Counted from the first letter of the stretch, positions 16,612 to 26,362 are shown. The stretch is DNA of 50,146 nucleotides from Vicinamibacteria bacterium (GCA_035432945.1 DAORUA010000001.1:3500-53645), one strand, 5' to 3'. Notes: generated from the letters alone by a model not told the origin. Numbers and translations are program-made.

Positions 16612-17412
16612 TTACCTCGCCGCCCGGGTCTCGGCCGCGGCCGACCGGTAACGCGCGTTGGTGCGCCATCCGCCCCAGGGCCAGTGGTACAGCAGGGCCA
16701 TGGTGAGGTAGCCCACGGTGGTGAGGCTCGAGATCATCTTCGAGGCGGAAAGCTTGCGATCGTACCGGAGCACGAAGGGCACCTCGGCGAAGCGCGCCCC
16801 GAGCATGCGGAGCTTGACCAGCTTTTCGAGGGTGCAGGTGAAGCCGAGGCCCTTGAGCTGGATGAAGTCGTTCCCGAAGACCCGGATCGCCCTTCGCACG
16901 ATGCCGGCGCGGTAGGCCCGGAAGCCGCACGAGTATTCCTGCACTCCCGAGATGGGGAAGAGGATCTTCATGAAGAGGTTGGCCCCGCGGCTCACGAAGG
17001 CGCGATAGGCGTTCACGCCCTTCTGCCCGCCGCCCTCCTGGAAGCGCGAGGCGATGACCACGTCGTAACCCTCGTCCAGCTTCTTCTTCATCAGGTGCAT
17101 GAAGGAGGGGTCATGGGTGTCGTCGCAGTCCATGCGGATGATGATGTCGTCGTCCTTCAGAAGGTCGGCCGCGCGCTCGAAGAGGTCGCGGCTCGCCTCG
17201 CCCAGGCCCCGGTTGAGCTTGTGAGTGATGACTTCGAGCCGCACCTTCGCGGGGTAGGCCGCGAGGACCTGGGCGGTCTTGTCGTTGCTCCCGTCGTCGC
17301 AGACCACGATCGCGCCTTCGCCGCCCTCTTCCGCGAAGAACTGCTCGATCTTGGGAAGGAGGATGGGCAGGCTCTCTTCCTCGTTGTAGGCGGGCAGGAG
17401 GACGACGATCAT
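16612..17412 (-). CDS. GT2 glycosyltransferase, DPM1/polyprenyl-phosphate sugar synthase-like
   Basis: The track ORF 16612..18237 is over-extended into the alternate frame of the upstream AsnB. The real start is ATG 17412..17410, which shares one base with the upstream TGA (TGATG). The protein starts MIVVLLPAYNEEESLP and contains VVCDDGSNDKT and RMDCDDTHDP (DxD). Confidence 0.85.
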   Translation of the reverse strand: MIVVLLPAYNEEESLPILLPKIEQFFAEEGGEGAIVVCDDGSNDKTAQVLAAYPAKVRLEVITHKLNRGLGEASRDLFERAADLLKDDDIIIRMDCDDTHDPSFMHLMKKKLDEGYDVVIASRFQEGGGQKGVNAYRAFVSRGANLFMKILFPISGVQEYSCGFRAYRAGIVRRAIRVFGNDFIQLKGLGFTCTLEKLVKLRMLGARFAEVPFVLRYDRKLSASKMISSLTTVGYLTMALLYHWPWGGWRTNARYRSAAAETRAAR

Positions 17413-19403
17413 CAGAAGAAGTTCTCCGATTTCGAGATCCAGCGCTCGTGCCACAGCACCGCGTTCAGGATGGTCCAGAGCTGGAAGCTGCGTCCACCCC
17501 CGCCTTCGGTCTGCGCCTTCAGGAGGCCGTTCACGAAGGACTCGTCGATGAGGCCCAGCTTGCGGAAGTGCGATCGTTCCCACGCCGCGACGCAGCGCTT
17601 TCCGAAGCCGGGATCCTGGAACCACTCCTCCATGGGCGCGCCGAAGCCCTGCTTCTTCCGATGAACGAGATCGTGGGGCAGATGCCGTTCCGCGACCTTC
17701 TTGACCACCCATTTCCCCACCCCGTCGCGCAGCTTGTAGCGGGCGGGCAGGCGGGCCGCGAACTCCACCACCTCGTGATCGAGGAAGGGCACGCGCGCCT
17801 CCACGGCGTGGGCCATGGTGAGCTTGTCCACGCGCATCAGGAGATGCTCGGAAAGCCGGAGTTTCATCTCCATGTAGGGAATCTTGGCAAGAATCTCGTC
17901 CGTCCCGAAGCCGGGCCCGAAGTTCCCCAGGTAGTGCGAGACCACGGCGTGGGAGTCGAGCGCGCGATGCGAATCCGGGAGCAGCCCCTCGACCGGGCAG
18001 TCGATGGTCTGGTTGAACCGGGACGGATCGGGGGTCAACTGGTCGCGCACGCCTCCCACGAAGCACGCGGCGCCGCCCCAGAAGAGTTCCTGTCCCTTGC
18101 GCGCGCGCGCCTCGAACTCCGCGTCCTCGCCGGAGAGGAGAGGAGAGGATCTCCCGAAGAGCCGCCGGAAGAGCGAGGGCTTGTGAAGGGCGGGCCGATA
18201 GACCTCCGCGTCCTTCCTCCGGTAGTGATCGCACCACCAGTAGCCGAGGAAGTTCTCGTCCGAGCCTTCGCCCACCTGGACCACGGTGGTGCCGCTCTTC
18301 TTCACCAGTTCGGAGAGGAAGAAGAGCGGGATGCAGACGTTGTCGGCGATGGGCTCATCCTGCAGTTCGACCAGGCGGGGCAGGAAGTCTTCCGCTTCCT
18401 TGCGCTTGATCAGGACCTCGTGGTGCGCGGTCTTGAAGATCCCGCTCACCCGCCGGGCGTGGGTGAACTCGTTGTAGCTCTCCTCGCCTTCGTAGCCGAC
18501 CGAGAAGGTGTCGACCGGACGGTTCATCCGCTCCGCCATCAGGGCCACGTTCAGCGATGAATCGACGCCGCCCGAGAGCAGGACCCCGAAGGGCACGTCG
18601 GAAACCATGCGCCGCTCCACGGACTTCCGGAGCAGCCGCTCGAGCTCGTCCACCGCCTTGTCATCCGACATCTCGGCGTCGCTGAACATCCGCGACGCGT
18701 CGGGCTTGCAGTCCCAGTAGCGGGTGGCCCGGGCCCGGCCGTCGGCCTCGATGGTGACCCGGTGGCCGGCCGGGATCTTGAAGATCCCGCGGAAGAGGGT
18801 GAGGGGAGCGGGGGCCACGATGAAGGTGAAGTAGTGCCAGAGGGCGGTGAGGTCCATCTCCGGCTTGACTTCGTCGTGTTCGAGCAGGGCCTTGATCTCG
18901 GAGGCGAAGAGCCACTCGCCGCTCGAGGTCCGGGTCAGGTACATGGGCTTGATGCCCACCCGGTCGCGCACGAGGTGGAGGCGCGGGCGTCCCGCGTCCC
19001 GTTCGTCGCAGATCGCCACCGCGAACATGCCGAAGAATTTCTCGATGCCTTGAAGGCCCCACTCCTCGTATGCGTGGAGCAGCGCCTCGGTGTCGGAGTG
19101 GTCGGTCTTCCAGGTGTAGCGGCCGAGGGCCTCGAGCTCCTTGCGGACCTCCGCGTGGTTGTACAGCTCGCCGTTGAAGATGATGGTGACGTCGCCGCGC
19201 GCGTTCCCCATCGGCTGCGCCGCCGCCTCGGACAGGTCGATGATCGAGAGCCTTCGGTGAGCGAGCAGGAACGAGCCGTCGCGCGAGCGCCACAGGCCGG
19301 CGCCGTCGGGTCCGCGGTGCGCGATGCGGTCGCGCATCCGGGCCATGGTGGCGTCGCTGGTCCTCGCCCCTCCCGGTCTGAATGCGCCCGCGATCCCGCA
19401 CAT
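17412..19403 (-). CDS. Asparagine synthase-family glutamine amidotransferase (AsnB paralog 2)
   Basis: ORF track, 663 aa. It has MCGIAG, RRLSIIDLSEAAAQP and the PP-loop LLSGGVDSS. Confidence 0.9.
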   Translation of the reverse strand: MCGIAGAFRPGGARTSDATMARMRDRIAHRGPDGAGLWRSRDGSFLLAHRRLSIIDLSEAAAQPMGNARGDVTIIFNGELYNHAEVRKELEALGRYTWKTDHSDTEALLHAYEEWGLQGIEKFFGMFAVAICDERDAGRPRLHLVRDRVGIKPMYLTRTSSGEWLFASEIKALLEHDEVKPEMDLTALWHYFTFIVAPAPLTLFRGIFKIPAGHRVTIEADGRARATRYWDCKPDASRMFSDAEMSDDKAVDELERLLRKSVERRMVSDVPFGVLLSGGVDSSLNVALMAERMNRPVDTFSVGYEGEESYNEFTHARRVSGIFKTAHHEVLIKRKEAEDFLPRLVELQDEPIADNVCIPLFFLSELVKKSGTTVVQVGEGSDENFLGYWWCDHYRRKDAEVYRPALHKPSLFRRLFGRSSPLLSGEDAEFEARARKGQELFWGGAACFVGGVRDQLTPDPSRFNQTIDCPVEGLLPDSHRALDSHAVVSHYLGNFGPGFGTDEILAKIPYMEMKLRLSEHLLMRVDKLTMAHAVEARVPFLDHEVVEFAARLPARYKLRDGVGKWVVKKVAERHLPHDLVHRKKQGFGAPMEEWFQDPGFGKRCVAAWERSHFRKLGLIDESFVNGLLKAQTEGGGGRSFQLWTILNAVLWHERWISKSENFF

Positions 19404-19406
19404 GGC

Positions 19407-21161
19407 TTACTTGCTCTCCACGGCCGCGGGCGAGTCCCCGTACCGGACGTCCCAGTTTCCCTGGAGGACGCAGAGCGCGCCCTGAGCGATCGAGGCGTCG
19501 GCCAGGATGCGGATATCCATGTATCGGCTCATCGCGAAGATCACATCGGAATTGATCGAGAAGAACCTCGCCTGCTCCTTTTCATAGTAGCCCGCGCGCA
19601 CGAGCTGGGTGCTGATCGAGAACACGCCCTCGCCGAGCGGCAGCGCGTCGAGGGAGACGGAGAGGGTCGCGTGACGGCCCGCGGCCGCGCTGATCCTGAT
19701 CTCGGGACCGAAGATGCGCACGCCGAATGGCACCTCTTCGCGATACAGGCTCACCGCCACCTGGATGGAAGCGTCGAAGTCGGGATCCACCACGGACAGG
19801 TCGAACTCGAACCGGACGGGCCGGCCGTGATGGAAGATGCGCGCGTCCTCGCCCTTCTCGTTCAGCACGCGCGTCTTTTCGATGGTGATGCTGCCCTCGC
19901 CGAACACGGGTCCCTGCGCCTTCTCGGCCGGGACGAGGCCCTCGCTGACCGGGACCAGGTCGGAGTGGATCTCGCCCCAGCCCGCTTCGAAGTGGCCGCG
20001 TCCAAGCAGGACGCGTCCGTCCGGGCTGAACACCCGGAACTCGAGATCGCAGGGCGCCTCCGTGCGCAGGGCGCAGGAAATGGAACTCGGCTCGACATCC
20101 ACGCGGGCATCGAGCGCCACCGCGACCCGGTAGAGGGGCGACCCGTGATTCCTGAAGATCCTTACCCGGCGTTGATCCACGGTGGCGAGCTCGCCCCAGG
20201 CGCTGCCTTCCACGATGATGCCCGGGGTTCCGCCGAGCGACTCCTCAGAGAGGGGCGCGGTTTCGCGCCCGCCATCGGGATGGTGGAGCTCGATCCGAGC
20301 GATCTTCAAGGGGCTGGCCGGAGGACGACCGTCCGCGGTCCGGATCTCGATCAAGGAGCGGCCCTTGCCGGGAAGGGAGGGCGAGGCGCCGCGCAGCGCC
20401 TTTGCGCGCAGGCGTTCCTCCTCCTGCAGGCGGATCGACTCCTCGTAAGCCCGGGCGACCTCGTTGCCGTCTCCGTCTCGAACGATGCGCCCCTGGTTCA
20501 GCCAGATCACCCGGCTGGCCAGGCGAACCGCGGCATAGACATCGTGGCTCACCAGGATCGTGGTCGTGCCCAGTTGAGCGCACATTTCGCGGATACGATC
20601 GAAGCTCTTGCGGGCGAAGTAGGAATCGCCCACGCCGAGGACCTCATCGAGGATCAGGACTTCGGGGACCACCGCGGTGGAGATCGCAAACATCAGCCGT
20701 GCGCCCATGCCCGTCGAATAGGTCCGCATCGGCTGATCCGCGTAGTCCTCGATCTCGGCGAATTCGATGGCGTCGACGGCGAGGCGATCGGCGCGGGCCC
20801 CCATGATCCCGATCTGGGCGAGATAGCCGACGGCGTTCTCGCGACCGGTGAAGTCGGGATGAAAGCCTGCGCCGATCTGAAGGAGCGCATGAACCTTGCC
20901 CCGCACCTCGAGCGTGCCCGCGGTGGGCCGGATGACCCGGGTGATGAGCTTCAGCAGTGTGCTCTTCCCGGCGCCGTTTCTGCCGATGATCGCGATGCGC
21001 TCGCCCCGCTTCACCTCGAGGTCGACATCGTGAAGCGCCGGATAGCTTGCGGCCCGGCCGCTCCTGAGCAAACCCATCACATCGAGAAGGCGGTGATAGG
21101 GCTTCGAGTAGAGCTTGTAGACCTTGGACAGGCCGCGCGCTACGACGACCGGGTCACTCAT
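19407..21161 (-). CDS. wzt: Polysaccharide ABC exporter ATP-binding protein (Wzt/TagH-type) with a C-terminal extension of about 330 aa
   Basis: ORF track, 584 aa. Walker A is GRNGAGKST, the signature is YSTGMGARL and Walker B is LILDEVL. A coiled segment follows, then two beta-rich modules. The last of these (ITIEKTRVLNEKGE..FEFDLSV..LPLGEGVFSIS..) resembles the Wzt C-terminal glycan-binding domain. Confidence 0.85.
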   Translation of the reverse strand: MSDPVVVARGLSKVYKLYSKPYHRLLDVMGLLRSGRAASYPALHDVDLEVKRGERIAIIGRNGAGKSTLLKLITRVIRPTAGTLEVRGKVHALLQIGAGFHPDFTGRENAVGYLAQIGIMGARADRLAVDAIEFAEIEDYADQPMRTYSTGMGARLMFAISTAVVPEVLILDEVLGVGDSYFARKSFDRIREMCAQLGTTTILVSHDVYAAVRLASRVIWLNQGRIVRDGDGNEVARAYEESIRLQEEERLRAKALRGASPSLPGKGRSLIEIRTADGRPPASPLKIARIELHHPDGGRETAPLSEESLGGTPGIIVEGSAWGELATVDQRRVRIFRNHGSPLYRVAVALDARVDVEPSSISCALRTEAPCDLEFRVFSPDGRVLLGRGHFEAGWGEIHSDLVPVSEGLVPAEKAQGPVFGEGSITIEKTRVLNEKGEDARIFHHGRPVRFEFDLSVVDPDFDASIQVAVSLYREEVPFGVRIFGPEIRISAAAGRHATLSVSLDALPLGEGVFSISTQLVRAGYYEKEQARFFSINSDVIFAMSRYMDIRILADASIAQGALCVLQGNWDVRYGDSPAAVESK

Positions 21162-21954
21162 CGGCGAGAAGCGCGTCGCGGAGGCGCTCGAAAAACGCCG
21201 CGCCCGCCACGAAGAAGAAGATCCCCACCAGGAGCGTGGGCCAGGGGATGGCGTCTTTCCAGGGGCCGGTGGTGTCGAACAGACACTGGCGATAGGCGTC
21301 GATGAGATAGGTCAGAGGATTCAGGAAGATGACGAAGCGAAGCGCGGGCGGCACCATGTCGGGTCTGAAGCCGATGGGGGAAATGAAGATCAGAAAGGTG
21401 AGGCCCAGATTGACGAAATAGGCGATGTCCGGGAGGACGACGGCCACCAGGGAGAGGATCCAGGCGATGCCCCAGAGCAGGAGGATCTGGCCGACGAGGA
21501 TAAGGGGCAGGGCAAGGACCCGCGGCGTCAGTCTCAGGTCCGCCGCGGAAAGCAGGATGAGCAGGACGGTTGCCACCACTTGCGAGGCCAGCCCCACCAG
21601 AACCGCGCGAACCGGAAGCAGTTCGATCGGGAAGAGGACATTGCGAACGAACTGCAGGTTCTGTCGGATGGAGAGGCAGGAGAGGTTGATGGCCTCGGAG
21701 AGTCCGAGATAGGGGACCAGCCCGCAAAAGACGAAGAGGAGATAGTCCATCTGTCCCATCCCCGGGAGACGGGCGCCCAAGACGAAGGCGAACGTGAACA
21801 CGTACGCGGAGAGGAGGAGGATGGGATAGAGGACCACCCACGCGCGGCCCAGAATCGACGAGGCGTGGCGTTTCCGAATCTCCACCTTCGTCGTGGTAAG
21901 GAGCACCACCCGATTGTCCCGAAGGATCCGCAGGGCCTGAAGGGCGGAGTTCAT
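21154..21954 (-). CDS. wzm: ABC-2 type polysaccharide exporter permease (Wzm-type)
   Basis: The track ORF 21154..22431 is over-extended. ATG 21954..21952 overlaps the upstream TGA (ATGA). The 266-aa protein starts MNSALQALRILRDNRVVL and has about 6 hydrophobic helices. It overlaps wzt by 8 nt. Confidence 0.85.
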   Translation of the reverse strand: MNSALQALRILRDNRVVLLTTTKVEIRKRHASSILGRAWVVLYPILLLSAYVFTFAFVLGARLPGMGQMDYLLFVFCGLVPYLGLSEAINLSCLSIRQNLQFVRNVLFPIELLPVRAVLVGLASQVVATVLLILLSAADLRLTPRVLALPLILVGQILLLWGIAWILSLVAVVLPDIAYFVNLGLTFLIFISPIGFRPDMVPPALRFVIFLNPLTYLIDAYRQCLFDTTGPWKDAIPWPTLLVGIFFFVAGAAFFERLRDALLADE

Positions 21955-23870
21955 TGCGCCGGTCCGGAATCGACGTCGAGGACAAAACGGAAGCGGACCC
22001 CGCCCTCGGTCCGGAGATTCGTCTCGAACCGGATCAGGGTCGAGGGCGTCCGGCGGCCGTACGACGGGGATGCGTAGCCCGCGTCGAGTCGGGTGACGAG
22101 ACCCGGCCCGGAAGTCAGGATCCTCCGTTCGCCCCCCCGGTGCAGGCGCACCGCGCCACCTTCGAGGACTTCGGCGCGGACCCCGGGGTCGAGGTGGAAC
22201 GAGAAGGTGGCGGGACCCTGGAAGGCACCTTCGAGGTGGTCGTCGATGATCAAACGGAGGCCATCCTCGTGCAGGGTGAAACTTCGAGTATGAACGGCGC
22301 CGTGGGCATCGCGCGCGTAGCCACGGTGAAGGCCACGATACTTCAGGACGCCCGCCCCCGCGGCGCATTCGAGGTGCTCGGGGTGGGACAAGCTGAGGAT
22401 TCGGAAAAGCCAGTCCGGCCGTATGGCACACTGCTCGATGTCACCCAGCTGGACGGTGCTGTGGAACGAGGTGCCGCGATGGAGATTTCGGGCTTCCGGG
22501 TCGCCGGTGTACACGTAGCTCCCGGGATCCACTATCCACGGGCCGCCCTCGGCGTGAAACTCGAATGAGAGAAGGTCGTTGTGCTTGTGGTTGCCGAAGC
22601 CGCGCGTCCCCGTCTCCCCGTTGGTCACTAGGAGCCAGGCGTCCTTCGTCCGGAGCACGGCCAGGCCGGCATGGGGGAAGAGACGGGCGATGGGTGCGGT
22701 CGCCCCAGCTTCGCTTGCGGCGCCCTCCTTCGGGTCGTATCCCCAGAAACCGGTCTCCCATGACCCGGCCTTGCCCTCGTGAGCGCGCCAGTCGGCGCGC
22801 CCGAACATCGCGGCGGCCGGACCGAACAGATGAGACGGGTCGCGCGGATCGTTCGTGCCGTAGCCCGAGAAGATGTGAACCCGCCCGTCGTCGGCGTCGC
22901 CCACGACGGGCATCAGGCCGTCGGGACGAAGGCAGCCGACCATGAAGTCGATCATGGACGCGAGCCGCGACAGGTAGGCCTCGGAAAGAGGCCGCCCCCG
23001 GCATTCCGCCAGCCGGGCGCCGGCGAGGAATAGTTCCGTCACCAGCCTGTGATACGGCACCGACGATTCGTAGTCCGCGCCGTCCGGCAGGACCTGAACC
23101 TCGATCTCCTTCTCGAGCGATGAACGACAGAACTCCTCCCACTCCAGGGAGACGGGGTCGCCATCGAAGACCAGAGCCACGAAGAAGAGACCCACCACGT
23201 TGCTCAGGAGGTGGTTGCTCGTCACCTCGTAGTGGTTCTCGAGATTCTCGAAGATGAAATGACCGTGGTGGTACAGCGCCTCGTAGGCGCCGGTCATTCC
23301 CTCGTGCTGGAATCTCGCCTCCCGCAGGTCCTCAAGCGCCATCGCCCAGCTGGCCGCTCGCAAGGCCACGTCCATGGTGCAGGTCCACTGGATTCCCCGG
23401 CCTTCCGGGTTTGCCTGCATGAAGTCCGCGATCTCGTCGAGAACCTCGTGGGCGAACTCCGCCCGCCCCGTGATTCGGAAGGCTTGAGTCAGGGCCGCGA
23501 AGTGCTGACATCGCCCGAGCTCCCATGGATGCTTGATGTCCGCCAGGCCCGGGCGCATCTCAAAGAGCTTCCATTCCTTGAAGGGGACGTGGTTCGGAAA
23601 ACGAAGATTCCTGACCGGATCGAGGGCCCAGTCGAGGGGAGCGTAACCGTTCGCCCTCGTGCTCCGATCGGGGTCCCTTGGGACGAACAGTCCGCTGCCG
23701 AGCAGGTCGAATTCGTGGCGCAAGGCGCGCTCGGCTGCTTGGATGGACTCCCTTGCGAGGGCGGGCTCATCGTGCGCGAGGCGAGTGATGACGTCTTCGC
23801 GCAACACGGAGTAGAGGCGTGACGGCCCGCGCGGCTCCCCCGGGAAGCTCCGGGCCCTGGGCGCGGCCAT
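21951..23870 (-). CDS. Heparinase II/III-family (alginate-lyase-fold) protein
   Basis: The track ORF 21951..24458 is over-extended into the upstream gene. The start is ATG 23870..23868 (MAAPRARSF...). The protein has an alpha-toroid N-half, then GFGNHKHNDLLSFEFHAEGGPWIVDPGSYVYTGD, the characteristic heparinase II/III block. Confidence 0.85.
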   Translation of the reverse strand: MAAPRARSFPGEPRGPSRLYSVLREDVITRLAHDEPALARESIQAAERALRHEFDLLGSGLFVPRDPDRSTRANGYAPLDWALDPVRNLRFPNHVPFKEWKLFEMRPGLADIKHPWELGRCQHFAALTQAFRITGRAEFAHEVLDEIADFMQANPEGRGIQWTCTMDVALRAASWAMALEDLREARFQHEGMTGAYEALYHHGHFIFENLENHYEVTSNHLLSNVVGLFFVALVFDGDPVSLEWEEFCRSSLEKEIEVQVLPDGADYESSVPYHRLVTELFLAGARLAECRGRPLSEAYLSRLASMIDFMVGCLRPDGLMPVVGDADDGRVHIFSGYGTNDPRDPSHLFGPAAAMFGRADWRAHEGKAGSWETGFWGYDPKEGAASEAGATAPIARLFPHAGLAVLRTKDAWLLVTNGETGTRGFGNHKHNDLLSFEFHAEGGPWIVDPGSYVYTGDPEARNLHRGTSFHSTVQLGDIEQCAIRPDWLFRILSLSHPEHLECAAGAGVLKYRGLHRGYARDAHGAVHTRSFTLHEDGLRLIIDDHLEGAFQGPATFSFHLDPGVRAEVLEGGAVRLHRGGERRILTSGPGLVTRLDAGYASPSYGRRTPSTLIRFETNLRTEGGVRFRFVLDVDSGPAQ

Positions 23871-23959
23871 CGCTTGAGTCTTCTCCGAGTCCGGCCGGAG
23901 CCCGCGGAGGAACGCTCTGATCCTCCCGCCCGCGGTGTGGCCTCCGCCGATCTGGAACC

Positions 23960-26359
23960 TCAAAGGAACCTCACGGAGAGGTCGGAGAGAAAGGCCGCCC
24001 GCCGGCCCAACCCCATTCGGTGGAGCGCGCGCGTCGGGCCATTCGTCGGTTCGACATTGATGCCGCGCAAGCGCGCCTCTCCGAACGCGCGGGCGGCCCG
24101 GAGGATCTCGGAGGCATGGAAGGTCCGGATTGCCACACCTCCCGAAAGCGCCTCCTCGCCCCGCGCCACCACCTCGTCCGGCGAGTAGTCGCCGAGCTGT
24201 TTCTTCGCCAGGCCCCCGAGAATCACCTGGTCGATCCAGAACCCCATCGCAGAGTTCAGGCGAAGTCGCGCCCGGAGAACGCCACCGCCGCGCAGGAATG
24301 CCCGCGCTGTTTTCAAGGTGTCCTCGGGAGAGCGATCGTAGTCGAAGCCACGTTCGGTCACCAGAAGATCGAAGGCGCCCTCGCTTGCGGGGACGGCGGC
24401 CAGGCTTCCCGGAAGGACGCGGACGCCCGGGCCGAAATCCGCGATGAAGGCCGACCATTTCCGGGCCCAGGGTTCGAGGATCAGGATCTCCGCGCCCGAG
24501 CCCCGGAGCGGGTTGAGAATCGCCGGATTCTCGATGGCGAAGCCGAGTACGCGGCGCGGGGCTCTCCCCAGCTCGGCCGCGATTCCCTCGAGAAGGAGGT
24601 CCGCGCTTCTGGCTGTGACCTCACTGCCCGCGCCGCCGTGGGCGCGAGTTGGGCCGTTGGGCCCCACGTCTTCCGAAATCCCGGGCACGCGGGCGGGGCG
24701 GCCGGAGAGGGCGAGGAAGATGCGCTGCACATGGGCTGACCAGGTGAAGTGTTCGAGTAGCGCCCGACGCGCGTTGGCTCCGAGGGCGGCGGAGACCTCG
24801 TCGGCCTTCGCCAGCTTGGTCACTCCGAGGACGAAGCTCTCCACGTCTCCGGGGCGGCACAGCACTCCTCGCTCGGAGGTCACCTGCTTCTCCCCGACCT
24901 CGCCGGGAAGGAGCGCAGGTGAGAGCACCTCGCCGATCTGCTCGAGATCGCTCGCCACGATGCCCACGCCGTAGCCCATGTATTCGAAGAGCTTGGTCGG
25001 AGAGCCGAAGAAGGGGCCGTCGACCATGTTGCGGCTGTGCGGAGAGATCAGGACGTCACAAGCCTTCTGATACCGGGCGCCGTCGGCCTGGGTGGTTCGG
25101 CCCACGCTGATGACCCGGCTCCCGAGGCGGTGAGCCGCCACCGTCTCGTCCACCAAGTGTTTGAAGTTCCCGTCGCCGATGAGCAGGAAGCGGCTGTTCG
25201 GATCTGCTTCGCAGATCCGCGGGATCGCGGCGGCGAGCACGTCGATCCCGTGCCAGCCCCCAAACGTCCCGCAGAAGCCGATGACCCGGTCCTCGGCCTT
25301 AAAGCCGAGTGACTCCCGGATCTTCGCGCGTTCCTCCTGCGTCCCCGGGGCGTACATGGCAGGATCTCCGCCGTTTGGGTTGACCAGGATCCGCCCCGGT
25401 TCGATGCCGCGCTGGACCAGGTCTGCCTTGATGTGTTTGGACACCACCACGATCAATGTAGCTTCCCGAAAGACGAAATCCTCGATCCGCAGAAGATCGC
25501 GCTCGTACACATACCCCGACGAACCGAAGCTCCGCCCGAGCGAGATCTCCGATCCGTTGTACTCGGCGATGTAGGGAATGCGGAGCTCCCGACAAAGCCT
25601 CGCGGCGACGAAGCTCCCGAGGACGACTCGTTCGTACACGTACGCGGGTCGCTCCATCTCGAAGGCCGCCTTGAGGATCGGATAGTAGTGGCGGTTCGCA
25701 ACGATGATGTCGCGCTCGCTGCCCAGCGCGTCGGGGTTGGTGAGCACGACCTGAGGCACGCCGAACTCGTCAAGCATCGCGAATCGATGGGGCACCACGG
25801 CCACCAGGCTCCCGGTGCGCCGTTCCAGTTCGCGAGCCACATGGCAGGTGTGGCCGTAGCTGCCGCCGGATTCGACCTTTGCCCAGTAGTCGAGACGCAC
25901 GTACAGGCCCCGCCCCTTGACTCTTCCGCTCTCGGGAATCTCCAGAGGAGCGGGAGAAGCCCCTTCCGAATCGGGAGGTTCGGGAAGGTCCGCGGCGCCC
26001 AGCGGACGTCCCTGGTAAGCCGAATAAAGACGCGCGAGGACGGCCACGCGAAAATGGAGCCTGCGCCTTGCGGCATCGACCAGTTCGATGGCCTGTTCGC
26101 GGGGCCAGTAGAAATACGCAGGGAGACCGCGGGCCGCGGCCTGATCGAGAAGCCGGAAGTGCGACCGCCCGGCCCATCCCCGATTCAGGCCGAGGATGAG
26201 GCCGTCGACCTGCGCTCGCGCGAGTTCGCCCTGGGCGTTCGTGGTGTGGCCCATCTCGCCGGGAAGGTCGAGCGTGAGCCTGGTGCGCGCCGGCCCCGGC
26301 GCGTCGCTCAGATCCAGTGAGGCGAAACGGACATCGTCGAGATAGAGATAGCGGGGCAT
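23960..26359 (-). CDS. GT4 (GT-B) glycosyltransferase with an unknown N-terminal domain and a C-terminal class-I methyltransferase-like domain
   Basis: ORF track, 799 aa. The GT4 core shows GGSYGHTCHVAREL, a second Rossmann half, and SPTKLFEYMGYGVGIVASD (the E-x7-E region). The C-terminal 210 aa or so contain FDLLVTERGFDY and LKTARAFLRGGGVLRARL, which resemble MTase motifs II and III. Motif I reads VLGFAIENP and has no GxGxG. Confidence 0.8.
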   Translation of the reverse strand: MPRYLYLDDVRFASLDLSDAPGPARTRLTLDLPGEMGHTTNAQGELARAQVDGLILGLNRGWAGRSHFRLLDQAAARGLPAYFYWPREQAIELVDAARRRLHFRVAVLARLYSAYQGRPLGAADLPEPPDSEGASPAPLEIPESGRVKGRGLYVRLDYWAKVESGGSYGHTCHVARELERRTGSLVAVVPHRFAMLDEFGVPQVVLTNPDALGSERDIIVANRHYYPILKAAFEMERPAYVYERVVLGSFVAARLCRELRIPYIAEYNGSEISLGRSFGSSGYVYERDLLRIEDFVFREATLIVVVSKHIKADLVQRGIEPGRILVNPNGGDPAMYAPGTQEERAKIRESLGFKAEDRVIGFCGTFGGWHGIDVLAAAIPRICEADPNSRFLLIGDGNFKHLVDETVAAHRLGSRVISVGRTTQADGARYQKACDVLISPHSRNMVDGPFFGSPTKLFEYMGYGVGIVASDLEQIGEVLSPALLPGEVGEKQVTSERGVLCRPGDVESFVLGVTKLAKADEVSAALGANARRALLEHFTWSAHVQRIFLALSGRPARVPGISEDVGPNGPTRAHGGAGSEVTARSADLLLEGIAAELGRAPRRVLGFAIENPAILNPLRGSGAEILILEPWARKWSAFIADFGPGVRVLPGSLAAVPASEGAFDLLVTERGFDYDRSPEDTLKTARAFLRGGGVLRARLRLNSAMGFWIDQVILGGLAKKQLGDYSPDEVVARGEEALSGGVAIRTFHASEILRAARAFGEARLRGINVEPTNGPTRALHRMGLGRRAAFLSDLSVRFL

Positions 26360-26362
26360 CTT

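Noticed and set aside
14677-21305. Long antisense ORFs 14677..17664 (995 aa) and 18762..21305 (847 aa), and the alternate-frame ORF 14696..16930 (744 aa)
   Set aside because: Same reasoning. They are antisense to, or out of frame with, AsnB, GT2 and Wzt genes that carry intact catalytic motifs, and I saw no independent start context or motifs. Overlapping genes cannot be strictly excluded without ribosome profiling.
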